A stretch of 64,000 nucleotides of DNA from an uncultured Clostridia bacterium (GTDB lineage: Bacteria; Bacillota; Clostridia; Christensenellales; UBA1242), in assembly GCA_947595235.1 (NCBI GenBank), contig CANQEP010000001.1, positions 7,451 to 71,450 of the forward strand. The letters run 5' to 3'. Position 1 is the first letter of the stretch. Each line of letters begins with the position of its first letter. Shown here piece after piece: positions 26,239-36,711 of the stretch. The position numbers and the translations under genes were made by a program. The notes under the pieces were generated by a model. That model was not told where the DNA came from. It was given only the letters and a program-made list of their open reading frames with translations, and ran no database searches.

Positions 26239-29200
26239 ATGGCAAAATATATAACAACCGACGGCAACTCCGCCGCCACCAGTCAGGCATATATGCTCAG
26301 CGAAATGGCGCTAATATACCCAATAACCCCGTCATCGCCAATGGCAGAGAATGTTGATGCTTGGTCAAATAAAGGGAAAAAGAATATTTTTAATGAACCC
26401 GTAACTCTTGTTGAGATGCAGTCAGAGGGAGGCGCGGCGGGTGCTCTTCATGGCGCGTTGACCGAGGGAAGCCTTGCAACAACTTTCACGTCGTCGCAGG
26501 GCCTACTTTTGATGATCCCAAACATGTACAAAATCGCGGGCGAAATGCTCCCAACGGTCATCCACGTTGCCGCAAGAACAGTCGCAACCCACGCGCTGTC
26601 CATCTTTGGTGACCACAGCGATGTTATGGCAACAAGGCAAACGGGATTTTGCTTTCTTGCAAGTTCCTCCGTTCAAGAGGCTCAAGACATGGCGCTTATC
26701 AGCCACGTTGCCAGCCTAAAAAGTTCCCTCCCTTTCGTGCACTTCTTCGATGGCTTTAGAACCAGCCACGAAATCAACACCATTGAGCCAATCAGCGAAG
26801 AGGTTGTGAGGGCCATGGCTCCGCTTGACGACATTGCACGCTTTAAGTCTAGGGCACTGACGCCTTCTCACCCAACTCAACGTGGCACCGCACAAAATGA
26901 GGACATATACTTCCAAGTTCGCGAGGCAAGTAACCCATTTTATCAAAGGGTGCCAAGCATCGTCGAAGAGACCTATAAAGAGTTCTATAAATTGACGGGC
27001 AGAAAGTACTCTAACTTTGAGTACTATGGCGCAAAGGACGCCGAAATGGTGGTCGTTGCAATGGGCTCGGGTGCCGACACCATCATAAGCCTTGCCACTC
27101 ACCTTGCACAAGAGGGTCAAAAAGTGGGTGCAATAAAGGTCAGACTCTATAGGCCGTTTGACGCAAAGGCTTTTGTGCAAAAACTTCCAAAAACAACAAA
27201 GATTATATCTGTTCTTGACCGCACAAAAGAGTGCGGAGCAACATTTGAGCCACTCGCCCTTGACGTTATTTCTGCCCTTAACGAAAACGGGGTTTCTCTC
27301 AAAGTTCTTGGTGGAAGATATGGGCTTTCAAGCAAGGAGTTCACGTTGACCGACGCGCTTGCCGTCTTTGAGAACATGGCGTCAAAAAATCCAAAAAATC
27401 ACTTCACCGTTGGCATCGACGACGACGTCTCTCACACGTCGCTCAAGGCCTCAAAACACGTTGACCTTAAAGCGAAAGACGAAATTGCGTGCAAGTTCTT
27501 TGGTCTTGGCTCAGACGGAACTGTCAGCGCCAACAAAAACACAGTCAAAATTATTGGCGAAGAGGCGGGGCTCTTTGGTCAAGCCTACTTCGTTTACGAC
27601 AGCAAAAAGTCTGGGAGCGTGACCACCTCGCATATGCGCTTGTCAAAACATAAAATTAACGCGCCATACCTTGTCACCGACTGCGACTTTATCGCTTGCC
27701 ACAACGACACTTTCCTTCGCAAGTTCGACGTTTTGAAAGGAATAAAAGAAAACGGCACTTTCCTTCTGAACTCGCGAACCGACCTTGATTCGCTAAACAA
27801 GATTTTGCCAAACAACGTCAAGCGCGAAATTGTTAAAAAGCACCTCAACTTCTATGTTGTTGATGCTGAGAGTTTGGCGAGCCGTGTTGGGCTCAATCGT
27901 CGCATCAACCTTATTATGCAAACCGCGTTCTTCGCGCTTGCGGGCATTCTTCCAGTTGGAAGAGCCATAGACCTCATCAAAGATGCGGCACGCAAGACAT
28001 ATGCCTCGAAGGGAGAAAAGGTCATCGAAATGAACATGACCGCCATAGACAACGCTCTCAGCGAACTCAAGCAAGTCACTTTGCCAAAAGAGTACGCTCT
28101 CTTGAAAGACGAACCCGAAGAAGAAAACATCACTTCGGCGTACTATAAAAACTACATAAAGCCAATCATGACCCTTTCGGGCGACAGCCTCAAAGTTTCG
28201 GCGTTCAACCCTACTGGCGAGGTTCCAACTGGAACAAGTCAGTTCGAGAAGCGAAACATTGCGACCGCCCTTCCTTGTTGGAATAGTGAAAAATGTATTG
28301 AATGCAATATGTGTTCGCTTGTCTGCCCTCACGCGTGCATAAGGCCATACCTTGTCAAGTCTGGTTCAAAGGCAAGCAAACTTCTTGGAGCAAAGCCCGC
28401 TCTTGGAATTGAGGGATATGACTTTGCAATAGTGCACAGCCCTATGGACTGCACGGGCTGTGAAAACTGCGCGAATATTTGCCCATCAAAAGCAATAAGC
28501 ATGGTTAAGCCAGATGAAATTATCGAGAGCGAAAAGAAAAGATACGAACTTGTCAAAGACCATGAAAATCCACAAACAATCTTCAAAAAGGATACTATAA
28601 AGGGTAGCCAGTTTGAAAAACCTCTGTTCGAGTTCTCGGGCGCGTGCGCGGGATGTGGCGAAACCCCATACATAAAACTCTTGACCCAACTCTATGGAAA
28701 GAACCTCATTATCGCCAATGCAACGGGGTGCTCAAGCATCTATGGTGGCTCTTCCCCAACCTGCCCATACACAAAGACCAAAGAGGGCTTTGGCCCCGCT
28801 TGGGCAAACAGTCTGTTTGAGGACAATGCCGAGTTTGGACTTGGCATAAAGAAGTCCGCCGACAAGAACCGCGACTCACTCAACAGACTAATTGACGAAA
28901 TTTTGACCCTTCCAAAAACAAGAAGTGCGAAAGGTGGCGGGCTTGACCTCTCGGGGCTTTGCGACACCTCGCTTGACGAACAAAACATACCAACAACTCT
29001 TGTGAACGCCCTAAAAAAATGGAAAGAACAAGAGGAAAAGTCCAATGAACTTGCAAGTGGCATCCGCACGCAAATTGACGCTCTTGTGAAAGAAAAGCCA
29101 ACAACATACCTCAAAAATCTATACGGATTGACATCTGCGCTGTTTGACAGCACGGTTTGGATAATTGGTGGCGATGGCTGGGCATATGACATTGGCTTTG

Positions 29201-29772
29201 GCGGTCTTGACCACGTGCTCCACTCAAACGAAAAAGTAAGAGTGCTTGTGCTTGACACAGAAGTTTATTCGAACACAGGCGGTCAAGCCAGCAAGGCAAC
29301 CCCTATGGGGGCGGTTGCCAAGTTCGCGTCTGGGGGAAAGCAGACCAACAAAAAGGACCTTGGCGCAATTGCCATGAACTACCCTAATGTCTATGTTGCC
29401 AGCGTTGCCCTAGGTGCAAATATGCAGCAAACCATAACCGCCCTTAAAGAGGCAGAAGAGCATAACGGTCCATCGATTGTCATCGCCTATTGCCCTTGCA
29501 TTAACCACGGCTCGGATATGTCAAAATCCAATGAGCAACAAAAACAAGCCGTGCTTTCGGGATATTGGAATCTTTATAGATATGACCCAGACAAAGGCTT
29601 AACGCTTGACCCACCATTTGCAAATATGCTCTATGCAGACTTCATAAAGACTCAATCAAGATACTTCACATTGGCAAAATCTAAGCCAGAAATTGCAGAC
29701 AGATTGTTTAAAAATGCAGAAAATTATGCAAAAAATCGCTTTTTGAGGTATAAAAAACTCTCAGAAAAGTGA
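26239..29772 (+). CDS. nifJ: Pyruvate:ferredoxin (flavodoxin) oxidoreductase
   Basis: ATG 26239 (MAKYITTDGNSAA). ~1177 aa single-chain PFOR with two 4Fe-4S ferredoxin motifs (CIECNMCSLVCPH, CTGCENCANICPS) and a TPP domain (GGDGWAYDIGFGGLDH). The track start 26071 overlaps truA. Confidence 0.9.
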   Translation: MAKYITTDGNSAATSQAYMLSEMALIYPITPSSPMAENVDAWSNKGKKNIFNEPVTLVEMQSEGGAAGALHGALTEGSLATTFTSSQGLLLMIPNMYKIAGEMLPTVIHVAARTVATHALSIFGDHSDVMATRQTGFCFLASSSVQEAQDMALISHVASLKSSLPFVHFFDGFRTSHEINTIEPISEEVVRAMAPLDDIARFKSRALTPSHPTQRGTAQNEDIYFQVREASNPFYQRVPSIVEETYKEFYKLTGRKYSNFEYYGAKDAEMVVVAMGSGADTIISLATHLAQEGQKVGAIKVRLYRPFDAKAFVQKLPKTTKIISVLDRTKECGATFEPLALDVISALNENGVSLKVLGGRYGLSSKEFTLTDALAVFENMASKNPKNHFTVGIDDDVSHTSLKASKHVDLKAKDEIACKFFGLGSDGTVSANKNTVKIIGEEAGLFGQAYFVYDSKKSGSVTTSHMRLSKHKINAPYLVTDCDFIACHNDTFLRKFDVLKGIKENGTFLLNSRTDLDSLNKILPNNVKREIVKKHLNFYVVDAESLASRVGLNRRINLIMQTAFFALAGILPVGRAIDLIKDAARKTYASKGEKVIEMNMTAIDNALSELKQVTLPKEYALLKDEPEEENITSAYYKNYIKPIMTLSGDSLKVSAFNPTGEVPTGTSQFEKRNIATALPCWNSEKCIECNMCSLVCPHACIRPYLVKSGSKASKLLGAKPALGIEGYDFAIVHSPMDCTGCENCANICPSKAISMVKPDEIIESEKKRYELVKDHENPQTIFKKDTIKGSQFEKPLFEFSGACAGCGETPYIKLLTQLYGKNLIIANATGCSSIYGGSSPTCPYTKTKEGFGPAWANSLFEDNAEFGLGIKKSADKNRDSLNRLIDEILTLPKTRSAKGGGLDLSGLCDTSLDEQNIPTTLVNALKKWKEQEEKSNELASGIRTQIDALVKEKPTTYLKNLYGLTSALFDSTVWIIGGDGWAYDIGFGGLDHVLHSNEKVRVLVLDTEVYSNTGGQASKATPMGAVAKFASGGKQTNKKDLGAIAMNYPNVYVASVALGANMQQTITALKEAEEHNGPSIVIAYCPCINHGSDMSKSNEQQKQAVLSGYWNLYRYDPDKGLTLDPPFANMLYADFIKTQSRYFTLAKSKPEIADRLFKNAENYAKNRFLRYKKLSEK

Positions 29773-29834
29773 AAAAACGCAAAATGCCATAAAAAATACG
29801 CAAAAAATATAAAAAAATAGTCAAAAAATAAATT

Positions 29835-29872
29835 CAGCCATGGAAATTTATACTTTCATGGCTGATTTTTTT
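29835..29872 (+). terminator. Intrinsic terminator after nifJ
   Basis: CAGCCATGGAAA-loop-TTTCATGGCTG followed by ATTTTTTT. Confidence 0.7.
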
Positions 29873-29910
29873 GTGGTATGCAAAGATGTTATTTTGCCCA
29901 TAATACCTCT

Positions 29911-30141
29911 ATGAGAAAAGATGTTACAGTGAAGGCGCTCATGAAAGCCACTGGCGAGGTTGTTCCCCTCTCCATTTTGTGGGAAGACGGCAGAGAAATA
30001 GAGATTGACCGCATTCTTGACGCAAGGCCAAGAGCAAGTTTGAAAGGTGGTGGCATGGGCGTTAGGTACACAATAAGAGTAAAAAATCAAGAGCGGTTTT
30101 TGTTTCTTGATGGCTTTATTTGGTTTGTTGAAGTTGACTAA
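29911..30141 (+). CDS. Small conserved-looking hypothetical protein (76 aa)
   Basis: MRKDVTVKALMKATGEVVPLSILWEDGREIEIDRILDARPRASLKGGGMGVRYTIRV... Convergent with dinB. Family not named with confidence. Confidence 0.5.
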   Translation: MRKDVTVKALMKATGEVVPLSILWEDGREIEIDRILDARPRASLKGGGMGVRYTIRVKNQERFLFLDGFIWFVEVD

Positions 30142-30200
30142 ATTTCAAATTTTAATTTTTTATTTGTAAAATTTTATGTAATTTTATTGATTTTTTACAT

Positions 30201-31490
30201 TTATAAATTACTTTTTTCAATTCTTGTCAAGTCCAGTGCTGAATAGAGAGGAGCAGCGTTGACCTTCTCTTTTGAAAGCGCACCAATGTCTCCCCTTATG
30301 TCGAGTTCCTTCATGTGGTCATCGGTGAAGACAATCCCCTTGTTTATTATATTTCTTCCAAACTTGTCGCGAATGTCCTCAATTGTGCTCTCAAGTTTTG
30401 TGAGTTTTTCTCTTTCTTGCTCCTTGCCCGAAAAGTCCATTTGGGCATGGTCAGTGAAATCGCTAACGCTAATTCCAAGTCCTCTTATGAGGCCCTCACT
30501 CCAAGAAAAATTTTCTTTGAATAACTTAAACGCCCCGTCTGCAATATCACGACTGAGGCTGGTTGGCTCAATCTTTGCCATACGAATTTTGCTTCTTAGG
30601 TCATTTGTTGTTATGCTCAAACTCACCGTCCTTGCGAGTTTGAACCCGTCATGTTTCATTCTGTATGAAACGCTTTCTGCAAGAAGGGTCAAAAGCGCAT
30701 AGACATCGTCGTCTGTTCGAACATCTCTGTAGTATGTAAGGCTGTTTCCAACCGACTTTATCTCGTCGTGCTCCTCATACTTTCTCACGGGGTCCATGTC
30801 TTCACCGCGCGCGTATGCCCGAAGGACCTCTCCCCACTTGCCGAGTTTGGACTTTAAAATCTTTGCATCATAGAGCGCGAGGTCGCCAATGGTGACAATG
30901 TTAAGTTTGTTTAACTTCTCTTTTGTTGCACGCCCCACATACAAAAGGTCACTTGCCGGAAGTTTCCAAACAACATCTTTGAAGTTCTGTTTTGAGATGA
31001 CGCTGACCGCGTCAGGCTTCTTTAGGTCTGAGCCAAGTTTTGCAAAGACCTTGTTGAAACTGACGCCAATTGAAACGGTCAAACCAATCTCTTCTTTAAC
31101 TCGTCTTCTAATTTCCTCGGCAATAAGGTAGGCATCGCCCCCGCATTTTGGACTTGTTGTAACGTCAAGCCACGCCTCGTCAATCCCAAAAGGCTCTACT
31201 TGGTCGGTATATTCAAGGTATATCTTTCTGACCGCGCGCGAATATTTCAAATACATATCGTGGCGCGCCTCAACACATTTTAGGTCGGGGCAAAGTTTCT
31301 TTGCCTCAAAAAGTACCATGCCCGTCTTTATCCCCGCCCTTTTAGCAATCATGTTTTTTGCAAGCACAATCCCGTGCCTGTCCTCAGTCTTTCCGCAAAC
31401 CACCACGGGAAAACCCTCAAGTGACGGGTCAAGAAGGCACTCGACAGACGCATAGAAGTTATTAAGGTCAGAGTGAAGTATTTTTCTCAT
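30201..31490 (-). CDS. dinB: DNA polymerase IV (Y-family)
   Basis: MRKILHSDLNNFYASVE..., VVVCG, IDEAWLDVT. Y-family palm/fingers with little-finger domain. ATG 31490. Confidence 0.9.
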   Translation of the reverse strand: MRKILHSDLNNFYASVECLLDPSLEGFPVVVCGKTEDRHGIVLAKNMIAKRAGIKTGMVLFEAKKLCPDLKCVEARHDMYLKYSRAVRKIYLEYTDQVEPFGIDEAWLDVTTSPKCGGDAYLIAEEIRRRVKEEIGLTVSIGVSFNKVFAKLGSDLKKPDAVSVISKQNFKDVVWKLPASDLLYVGRATKEKLNKLNIVTIGDLALYDAKILKSKLGKWGEVLRAYARGEDMDPVRKYEEHDEIKSVGNSLTYYRDVRTDDDVYALLTLLAESVSYRMKHDGFKLARTVSLSITTNDLRSKIRMAKIEPTSLSRDIADGAFKLFKENFSWSEGLIRGLGISVSDFTDHAQMDFSGKEQEREKLTKLESTIEDIRDKFGRNIINKGIVFTDDHMKELDIRGDIGALSKEKVNAAPLYSALDLTRIEKSNL

Positions 31491-31496
31491 ATCTAT

Positions 31497-31525
31497 ATTA
31501 TATTCGAACAAATGTTTGAAATCAA
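31497..31525 (-). promoter_or_regulatory. dinB promoter with a LexA (Cheo-box-like) site in the spacer; apparently leaderless
   Basis: Minus strand: TTGATT (31525-20), 17 nt, TATAAT (31502-31497), then 6 nt to the ATG. The spacer contains CGAACAAATGTTTG (31505-31518, plus strand), 12/14 to CGAACATATGTTCG. No SD. Confidence 0.6.
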
Positions 31526-31640
31526 GCGTTTTCCTCAAATATTTTTGCCGTTTTTGCACAAAAAAAATTAGTGAAATAATGCAAAAGATTTTTCTTTTGT
31601 GAATTAGTGTGTTATAATTATTGAAATTGGAGGAGTTTTT

Positions 31641-32384
31641 ATGGAAAACTATGTTGCAAATTCATTTGACACCAACTATGCTGCTGCATGGAGCTCAGAC
31701 CAAGGAGGGTTCTCGTCAACGCTCGGTCAAAACCTTCTTTCATATATAGAAACCAATCACCTTCCCTACAAAACTTGTCTTGACATTGCTTGCGGAACGG
31801 GTGAATTTTTGAACCGCTTTTCAAAGGCTGGGTTCACTTGTTATGGAACAGAAATTGCAAAGAGCATGGTTGAGTACAGCAAGGCGAAGTACCCAAACAT
31901 CACCTTTGCCCTTTCAAAGTCTCTGTATGACATTCCATACAAAACCAAATTTGACCTTGTTACTTGCAACCACGACATGGTCAACACTCTTGAGCGCTTT
32001 GGTGAGTGGCAAGAGCTTTTCAAAAATGTTTCAAATTGCCTTAACAAAGGTGGAATGTTCATGTTCGACTACTACACCGAGTACAAACTCTCTAACTGGA
32101 ACGAGGTTGATTATGAAGAGGGCGAAGACATCGACCACATCACCCAAGTCAAGAAGGGCATCGACAACAAGTGCATCATGAACAACATCTATTATATCAA
32201 AAACACTGATGACGCCTACAAAAAGACTTTTGACATTCAAGTTGAGGCATATTTCCCAAACGATGACATTGTTGAGGCTCTGAAAAAGGCTGGGTTCAAA
32301 ACCGTTACCCTTTGCCGCTTCTCACTCGACCCACTTGAAGACCCATCAACAAGAAACCGCATCCACGTTTTGGCAGTAAAATAA
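31641..32384 (+). CDS. Class I SAM-dependent methyltransferase
   Basis: Motif I CLDIACGTGEF and post-I/II spacing typical of small-molecule/rRNA MTases. GGAGG lies upstream. Confidence 0.75.
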   Translation: MENYVANSFDTNYAAAWSSDQGGFSSTLGQNLLSYIETNHLPYKTCLDIACGTGEFLNRFSKAGFTCYGTEIAKSMVEYSKAKYPNITFALSKSLYDIPYKTKFDLVTCNHDMVNTLERFGEWQELFKNVSNCLNKGGMFMFDYYTEYKLSNWNEVDYEEGEDIDHITQVKKGIDNKCIMNNIYYIKNTDDAYKKTFDIQVEAYFPNDDIVEALKKAGFKTVTLCRFSLDPLEDPSTRNRIHVLAVK

Positions 32385-32443
32385 AAAACCTATTGAAAAC
32401 AATCTCCCCTTGTGTTATAATAATTTCACAAGGGGATTTTTTT

Positions 32444-32746
32444 ATGGACAAGATTGAACAAGAAAAGTTAGAAGAATTATATGTTCGCCTTATGAGTGAG
32501 TCTCAGACCATTTCGGTGACTCTCAGCGGTAAAGACGCCACCAGCGACTCGCAACTGAAAAAAATTGCCTCTGACCAAGTAAAGACCAACAAGGCATTTG
32601 CCTCACTTGTAAAGGTTTTGCAAAATAGTCCCGAAAATGCGAACTTTTCTGCCGACCTTTATGATATGATTTGCAAAACTGGAAGAATAAACAAGGTTAT
32701 TGAAAATTATTTTGGCAATGACACCCCCGAAAAAGGTGAAAACTAG
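32444..32746 (+). CDS. Hypothetical protein (100 aa)
   Basis: ATG 32444 (MDKIEQEKLEELY). Helical, no family recognised. Confidence 0.4.
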   Translation: MDKIEQEKLEELYVRLMSESQTISVTLSGKDATSDSQLKKIASDQVKTNKAFASLVKVLQNSPENANFSADLYDMICKTGRINKVIENYFGNDTPEKGEN

Positions 32747-33150
32747 ACACTTAGCAACGAAATTGTGTCGCTCAACTTTTGCATATTTTTTTCAAGACTC
32801 AAATGAAAGCACCTTCCCTCGTACTTTCCATTATTCTTTCGCACAAGGTTGAACGCTTGATAATCTTTATTAACATAAATTAGCAATGCCTCGAACGGCA
32901 TTTCGTTATGCTCCATAGCGCCATCAAAAACAAGTTCAACCCAAACTCCATGCTTTTTGTCTTCTCGCGTCATGTCGTCAAGGCTCACGCCAAAGGCGGG
33001 CATCTCGTGAGAATTTTTTGTTATTTCAAGTAGCGCACCCATAACTTCTTCATACTTGTCATCACCCTTTATAAGAGCAGTCTCTTGCCCATCAACGCTG
33101 ACAATAACTTGGCTTGCGTCATAAAAACAATCTCTCAACTCGCTTTTCAT
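32743..33150 (-). CDS. Hypothetical protein
   Basis: The likely start MKSELRD (33150) follows GGTGGAGGAAG. No family recognised. Confidence 0.45.
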   Translation of the reverse strand: MKSELRDCFYDASQVIVSVDGQETALIKGDDKYEEVMGALLEITKNSHEMPAFGVSLDDMTREDKKHGVWVELVFDGAMEHNEMPFEALLIYVNKDYQAFNLVRKNNGKYEGRCFHLSLEKNMQKLSDTISLLSV

Positions 33151-33252
33151 ACTTCCTCCACCAAACAAAAATATTATACACATCAAAACCCTTAATGCAA
33201 ACATAAACTTTACTCCGCAAGTTTAGTATTACCAAAGGCTCAAAAAATTATT

Positions 33253-33274
33253 AAAAACAGCCCGCGAAAGGCTG
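33253..33274 (-). terminator. Intrinsic terminator after degV
   Basis: Minus strand: CAGCC-TTTCGCG-GGCTG followed by TTTTT. Confidence 0.55.
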
Positions 33275-33279
33275 AATTT

Positions 33280-34137
33280 TTATCTTTTTTCAGATGTGAA
33301 GCACATACAAAGGTTGCCCGGTCCACCGTGCGCCCCAACAATCGTTCCAAGATAGTCAACAACGATGTTGCACTTTGCAAACCTTTCGTCTTTCAGTATC
33401 TCATTTTTTATGAAGTTTGCGTCCTCTTCTTTGTCGCCGTGCAAGATGTAGACATATTCGCTCAAAAAGTTGTAATTCTCTTTGAAGAGTTCCACCATTC
33501 TCAAAAGCGCTTTCTTTCTTGAAATGACCTTTTGCCTTATGGCGAATTTTCCCTCGTTTGTGCAATAAATTATGGGCTTTATGTTAAGAATTGTTCCAAT
33601 GAGTGCAAGCACCTTGTTAAGTCTGCCACTCTTTGCAAGGGTCTTCATGTCCTCAGGAGTAAAGTTCAAGGTGATGTGCATCTTAAGGTCATTCGCAAAG
33701 TCCACAACCTCTTGCGCGCTGGCGCCCGCCTCAAGTTTTTTCATGACCTCTCTCAAAATTATGGCTTGCGCGCCCGACCCCGTCAGGGTATCAACAACAT
33801 AGACCTTGTTACCGCCAAGCGCGTTGACCTTTTCGGCAGCGTCCATGGCACACTTATTCGTTCCGCTAAGTCCTCCAGTGAACCCAAGGTGAACAACATC
33901 ACCTTCTTTAACGAGGTTCTTAAAGAACTCCGTGAACTCAAACTCGTTTATGAGGCTGGTCTTAAAGGTCGCGCCGTGGCGAATTTCGTTATAGAACTCT
34001 TTTAATGTTATTTTTGGATTTTCCTCGCCCGTCGTCTCGTTCCTAAGACATAATGGCAAGTGCCTCACTCCCAATTTATCGAGTTCGGCGGGGTCTATAT
34101 CACACGTTTCTTCAACTGAAAGAATAATTTTGCTCAT
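33280..34137 (-). CDS. DegV-family fatty-acid-binding protein
   Basis: 285 aa. DegV hallmarks: MSKIILSVEETCDI N-terminus, TSLIN, and GPGNL near the C-terminus. Confidence 0.85.
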   Translation of the reverse strand: MSKIILSVEETCDIDPAELDKLGVRHLPLCLRNETTGEENPKITLKEFYNEIRHGATFKTSLINEFEFTEFFKNLVKEGDVVHLGFTGGLSGTNKCAMDAAEKVNALGGNKVYVVDTLTGSGAQAIILREVMKKLEAGASAQEVVDFANDLKMHITLNFTPEDMKTLAKSGRLNKVLALIGTILNIKPIIYCTNEGKFAIRQKVISRKKALLRMVELFKENYNFLSEYVYILHGDKEEDANFIKNEILKDERFAKCNIVVDYLGTIVGAHGGPGNLCMCFTSEKR

Positions 34138-34283
34138 TTTTTTCTCCTAAATTTACAAAAAACTACATCATCTAGTTTTCAAAACTATTTTATACGATAT
34201 AAATTGTCATGTCAACTGCTTTAATGCGTTTACAAAATAATTTATATGTGATAAAATGGAATTAAATAAGGAAAAATAGAAAT

Positions 34284-34751
34284 ATGACAGCATTTGACAA
34301 ATATCATCTTCCTCGCATCAACGAGATACCTGACCTTGAACTTTACATGGACCAAGTCATCATATACGTGAAAAAGTACTTTTCAATCTTTCCCTATGGC
34401 GAAGAAGAGAACTTCATCACCCCAAGCATGATAAATAACTACGTTAAAAGTGGCATCATCCCCGCCCCAAGCGGAAAGAAGTATTCAAGGCGTCACATCG
34501 CCTACATCTTTGTTGTGTTCTTCCTCAAGCAAATATTCTCGCTCGAAGAAGTAAAGGCCTTCATCTCACAACAAGTCTCCATCTGCGGCGAAGAAGAGGC
34601 GTATGAAAATTTTTGCACTCTTCTTGAAAGTGCCTTAAAGAGCAAGGGCATGCAAAAGCCACAAACCACCCCAAACGCGCTCTATCACGCAACAATTTCA
34701 ATCGTCAACAAACTATACGCGCAAGTGCTCATAAAAAGCCTTAACAGTTAA
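34284..34751 (+). CDS. DUF1836-like protein (frequent DegV neighbour)
   Basis: LELYMDQVIIYV...TPSMINNYVKSGIIPAPSGKKYSRRHIAYIFVVFFLKQ matches my recollection of DUF1836. Promoter TTTACA-17-TAAAAT upstream. Confidence 0.7.
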   Translation: MTAFDKYHLPRINEIPDLELYMDQVIIYVKKYFSIFPYGEEENFITPSMINNYVKSGIIPAPSGKKYSRRHIAYIFVVFFLKQIFSLEEVKAFISQQVSICGEEEAYENFCTLLESALKSKGMQKPQTTPNALYHATISIVNKLYAQVLIKSLNS

Positions 34752-34768
34752 AATAGGCATAAGTTAAA

Positions 34769-34799
34769 AGTCGAAAGTGGTCCACTCTCGACTTTTTTA
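34769..34799 (+). terminator. Intrinsic terminator after the DUF1836 gene
   Basis: AGTCGAAAGTGG / CCACTCTCGACT stem followed by TTTTTTATTTT. Confidence 0.7.
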
Positions 34800-34934
34800 T
34801 TTTGCTTTTATTGATGTTAGTCGAAACCTTTTTCAAATATTTGAGTTGTTTACAAATTGTAAACAACTGCGGTCGCAACTTTTATAACTCTTAAACCGGC
34901 GTCAAGTCAGTTGTCTAGGCAAAGCACAATTTCA

Positions 34935-36530
34935 TTATTTTATGCTCTTAATAAGTGCCTTGAATAGCGGATGTGGGCGGTTTGGACGGCTTTTGAGTTC
35001 GGGGTGAAATTGAACTCCAACAAAGAATGGGTGGTCTTTAAGTTCAACGATTTCAACAAGATTTCTTTGAGGGTTGACTCCCGAAATGACCAGCCCCGCC
35101 TTTTCAAGAGTGCTCTTATAGGCGTTATTGAACTCGTAGCGGTGGCGGTGACGCTCAGAAATAATCTCACTTCCATAAGCCTCAAATGCCCTTGTCCCCT
35201 CCTTCAACTTGCAATCGTATGCCCCAAGGCGCATGGTTCCCCCTTTCTTTGTTATGGCCTTTTGGTCCTCCATAAATGCAATGACGGGCACGGGACAATG
35301 CTCGTTTATCTCGGTCGTGTTTGCCGCATTAAGACCCGCAACATTCCTTGCAAATTCAATGACGGCGACTTGCATTCCAAGGCACAATCCAAGGAATGGA
35401 ACTTTGTTCTCACGCGCGAATCTTACCGCCTCAATCTTGCCTTCAACTCCGCGGTTGCCGAATCCCCCGGGAACAACAATGGCGTCCACCCCTTCAAGAA
35501 GCGCAGCCGCACCCCTTTTCTCCATGTCTTCGCTGTCAACAAGTTTTATCTTTGTCTTTATTTTGTTGGCTATTCCGGCGTGCTTGATTGCCTCGGTCAC
35601 CGAGATATAGGCGTCGGGCACCATGGTGTATTTGCCAACAATGGCGACCGTCTTTTGTGGGTAGTCCTTTTTGAAGGCAGCAACCATTCTTTTCCACTCG
35701 CCGTTAACTGGCTGTTTTGCCCTAATTTTCAAAATTTCAAGCACAACATCGTCAAGCTTTTGCTCTTTTAAAAGTAGAGGAACATCATAAAGCGACTCAG
35801 CGTCCTTGTTGTGGATGACGTACCTTTCGCTTTTAAGAGTGCAAAACAGCGCAATTTTCCTTTTCATTTCGTCGCTCATTTCAACATTTTTGTTTGAGCG
35901 ACATACCACAATGTCTGGCACAAGCCCAAGCCCCGTAAGTTCCTTGACCGAGTGTTGAGTGGGTTTTGTTTTGACCTCACCCGCCGCCTCAAGATAAGGC
36001 AAAAGCGTAACATGAATGTGGACGGTGTTGTGTTCGCCCTTTTCCATGCGAAACTGCCTTATTGCCTCTAAAAATGGCAAGCCTTCAATGTCTCCAACAG
36101 TGCCTCCCACCTCAACAATGACAATGTCTATGTTGTCACTTTCAACGCTCTTCATGGCAGAAATAATCTCGTTCGTGACGTGAGGGACAACTTGCACCGT
36201 TCCCCCAAGATACGCGCCCTCGCGCTCTTTTTTTATGATGCTTGAGTAGATTTTTCCGCTGGTATAGTTGCAGTTTTTGTTGAAACTGTCGTCCAAAAAC
36301 CTCTCATAGTGACCAATGTCAAGGTCGGTTTCTGTGCCATCGTCAGTCACAAAGACCTCGCCGTGCTGATAAGGGCTCATAGTTCCCGGGTCAACGTTAA
36401 GATATGGGTCAAGTTTTTGGACTGTCACTCTAAGCCCCCTATTTTTAAGAAGTCTTCCAAGACTTGCCGCCGTTATTCCCTTTCCAAGCGATGACACAAC
36501 TCCACCAGTCACAAAAATGTACTTACTCAT
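34935..36530 (-). CDS. pyrG: CTP synthase
   Basis: 531 aa. [20 protein letters not shown]-terminus and a glutamine amidotransferase domain with GLCLGMQ. Promoter TTGACA-18-TATAAT upstream. Confidence 0.95.
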   Translation of the reverse strand: MSKYIFVTGGVVSSLGKGITAASLGRLLKNRGLRVTVQKLDPYLNVDPGTMSPYQHGEVFVTDDGTETDLDIGHYERFLDDSFNKNCNYTSGKIYSSIIKKEREGAYLGGTVQVVPHVTNEIISAMKSVESDNIDIVIVEVGGTVGDIEGLPFLEAIRQFRMEKGEHNTVHIHVTLLPYLEAAGEVKTKPTQHSVKELTGLGLVPDIVVCRSNKNVEMSDEMKRKIALFCTLKSERYVIHNKDAESLYDVPLLLKEQKLDDVVLEILKIRAKQPVNGEWKRMVAAFKKDYPQKTVAIVGKYTMVPDAYISVTEAIKHAGIANKIKTKIKLVDSEDMEKRGAAALLEGVDAIVVPGGFGNRGVEGKIEAVRFARENKVPFLGLCLGMQVAVIEFARNVAGLNAANTTEINEHCPVPVIAFMEDQKAITKKGGTMRLGAYDCKLKEGTRAFEAYGSEIISERHRHRYEFNNAYKSTLEKAGLVISGVNPQRNLVEIVELKDHPFFVGVQFHPELKSRPNRPHPLFKALIKSIK

Positions 36531-36711
36531 AACACTCTCCTTATATTCGCATTATAAAATTCAAGAAAAAGGGGTGTCAAACAAACGCCCCGGTTTTAAT
36601 TTCTTTATGTAGTTTCAACAAACTTGCTTGAATTTTGTTTTACTTTTCAAAAAAAGTGTTGTAAACTAAGTTTATATTTGTATTGTGGAAAAAGCCCCCA
36701 AAAGTGGAGGG

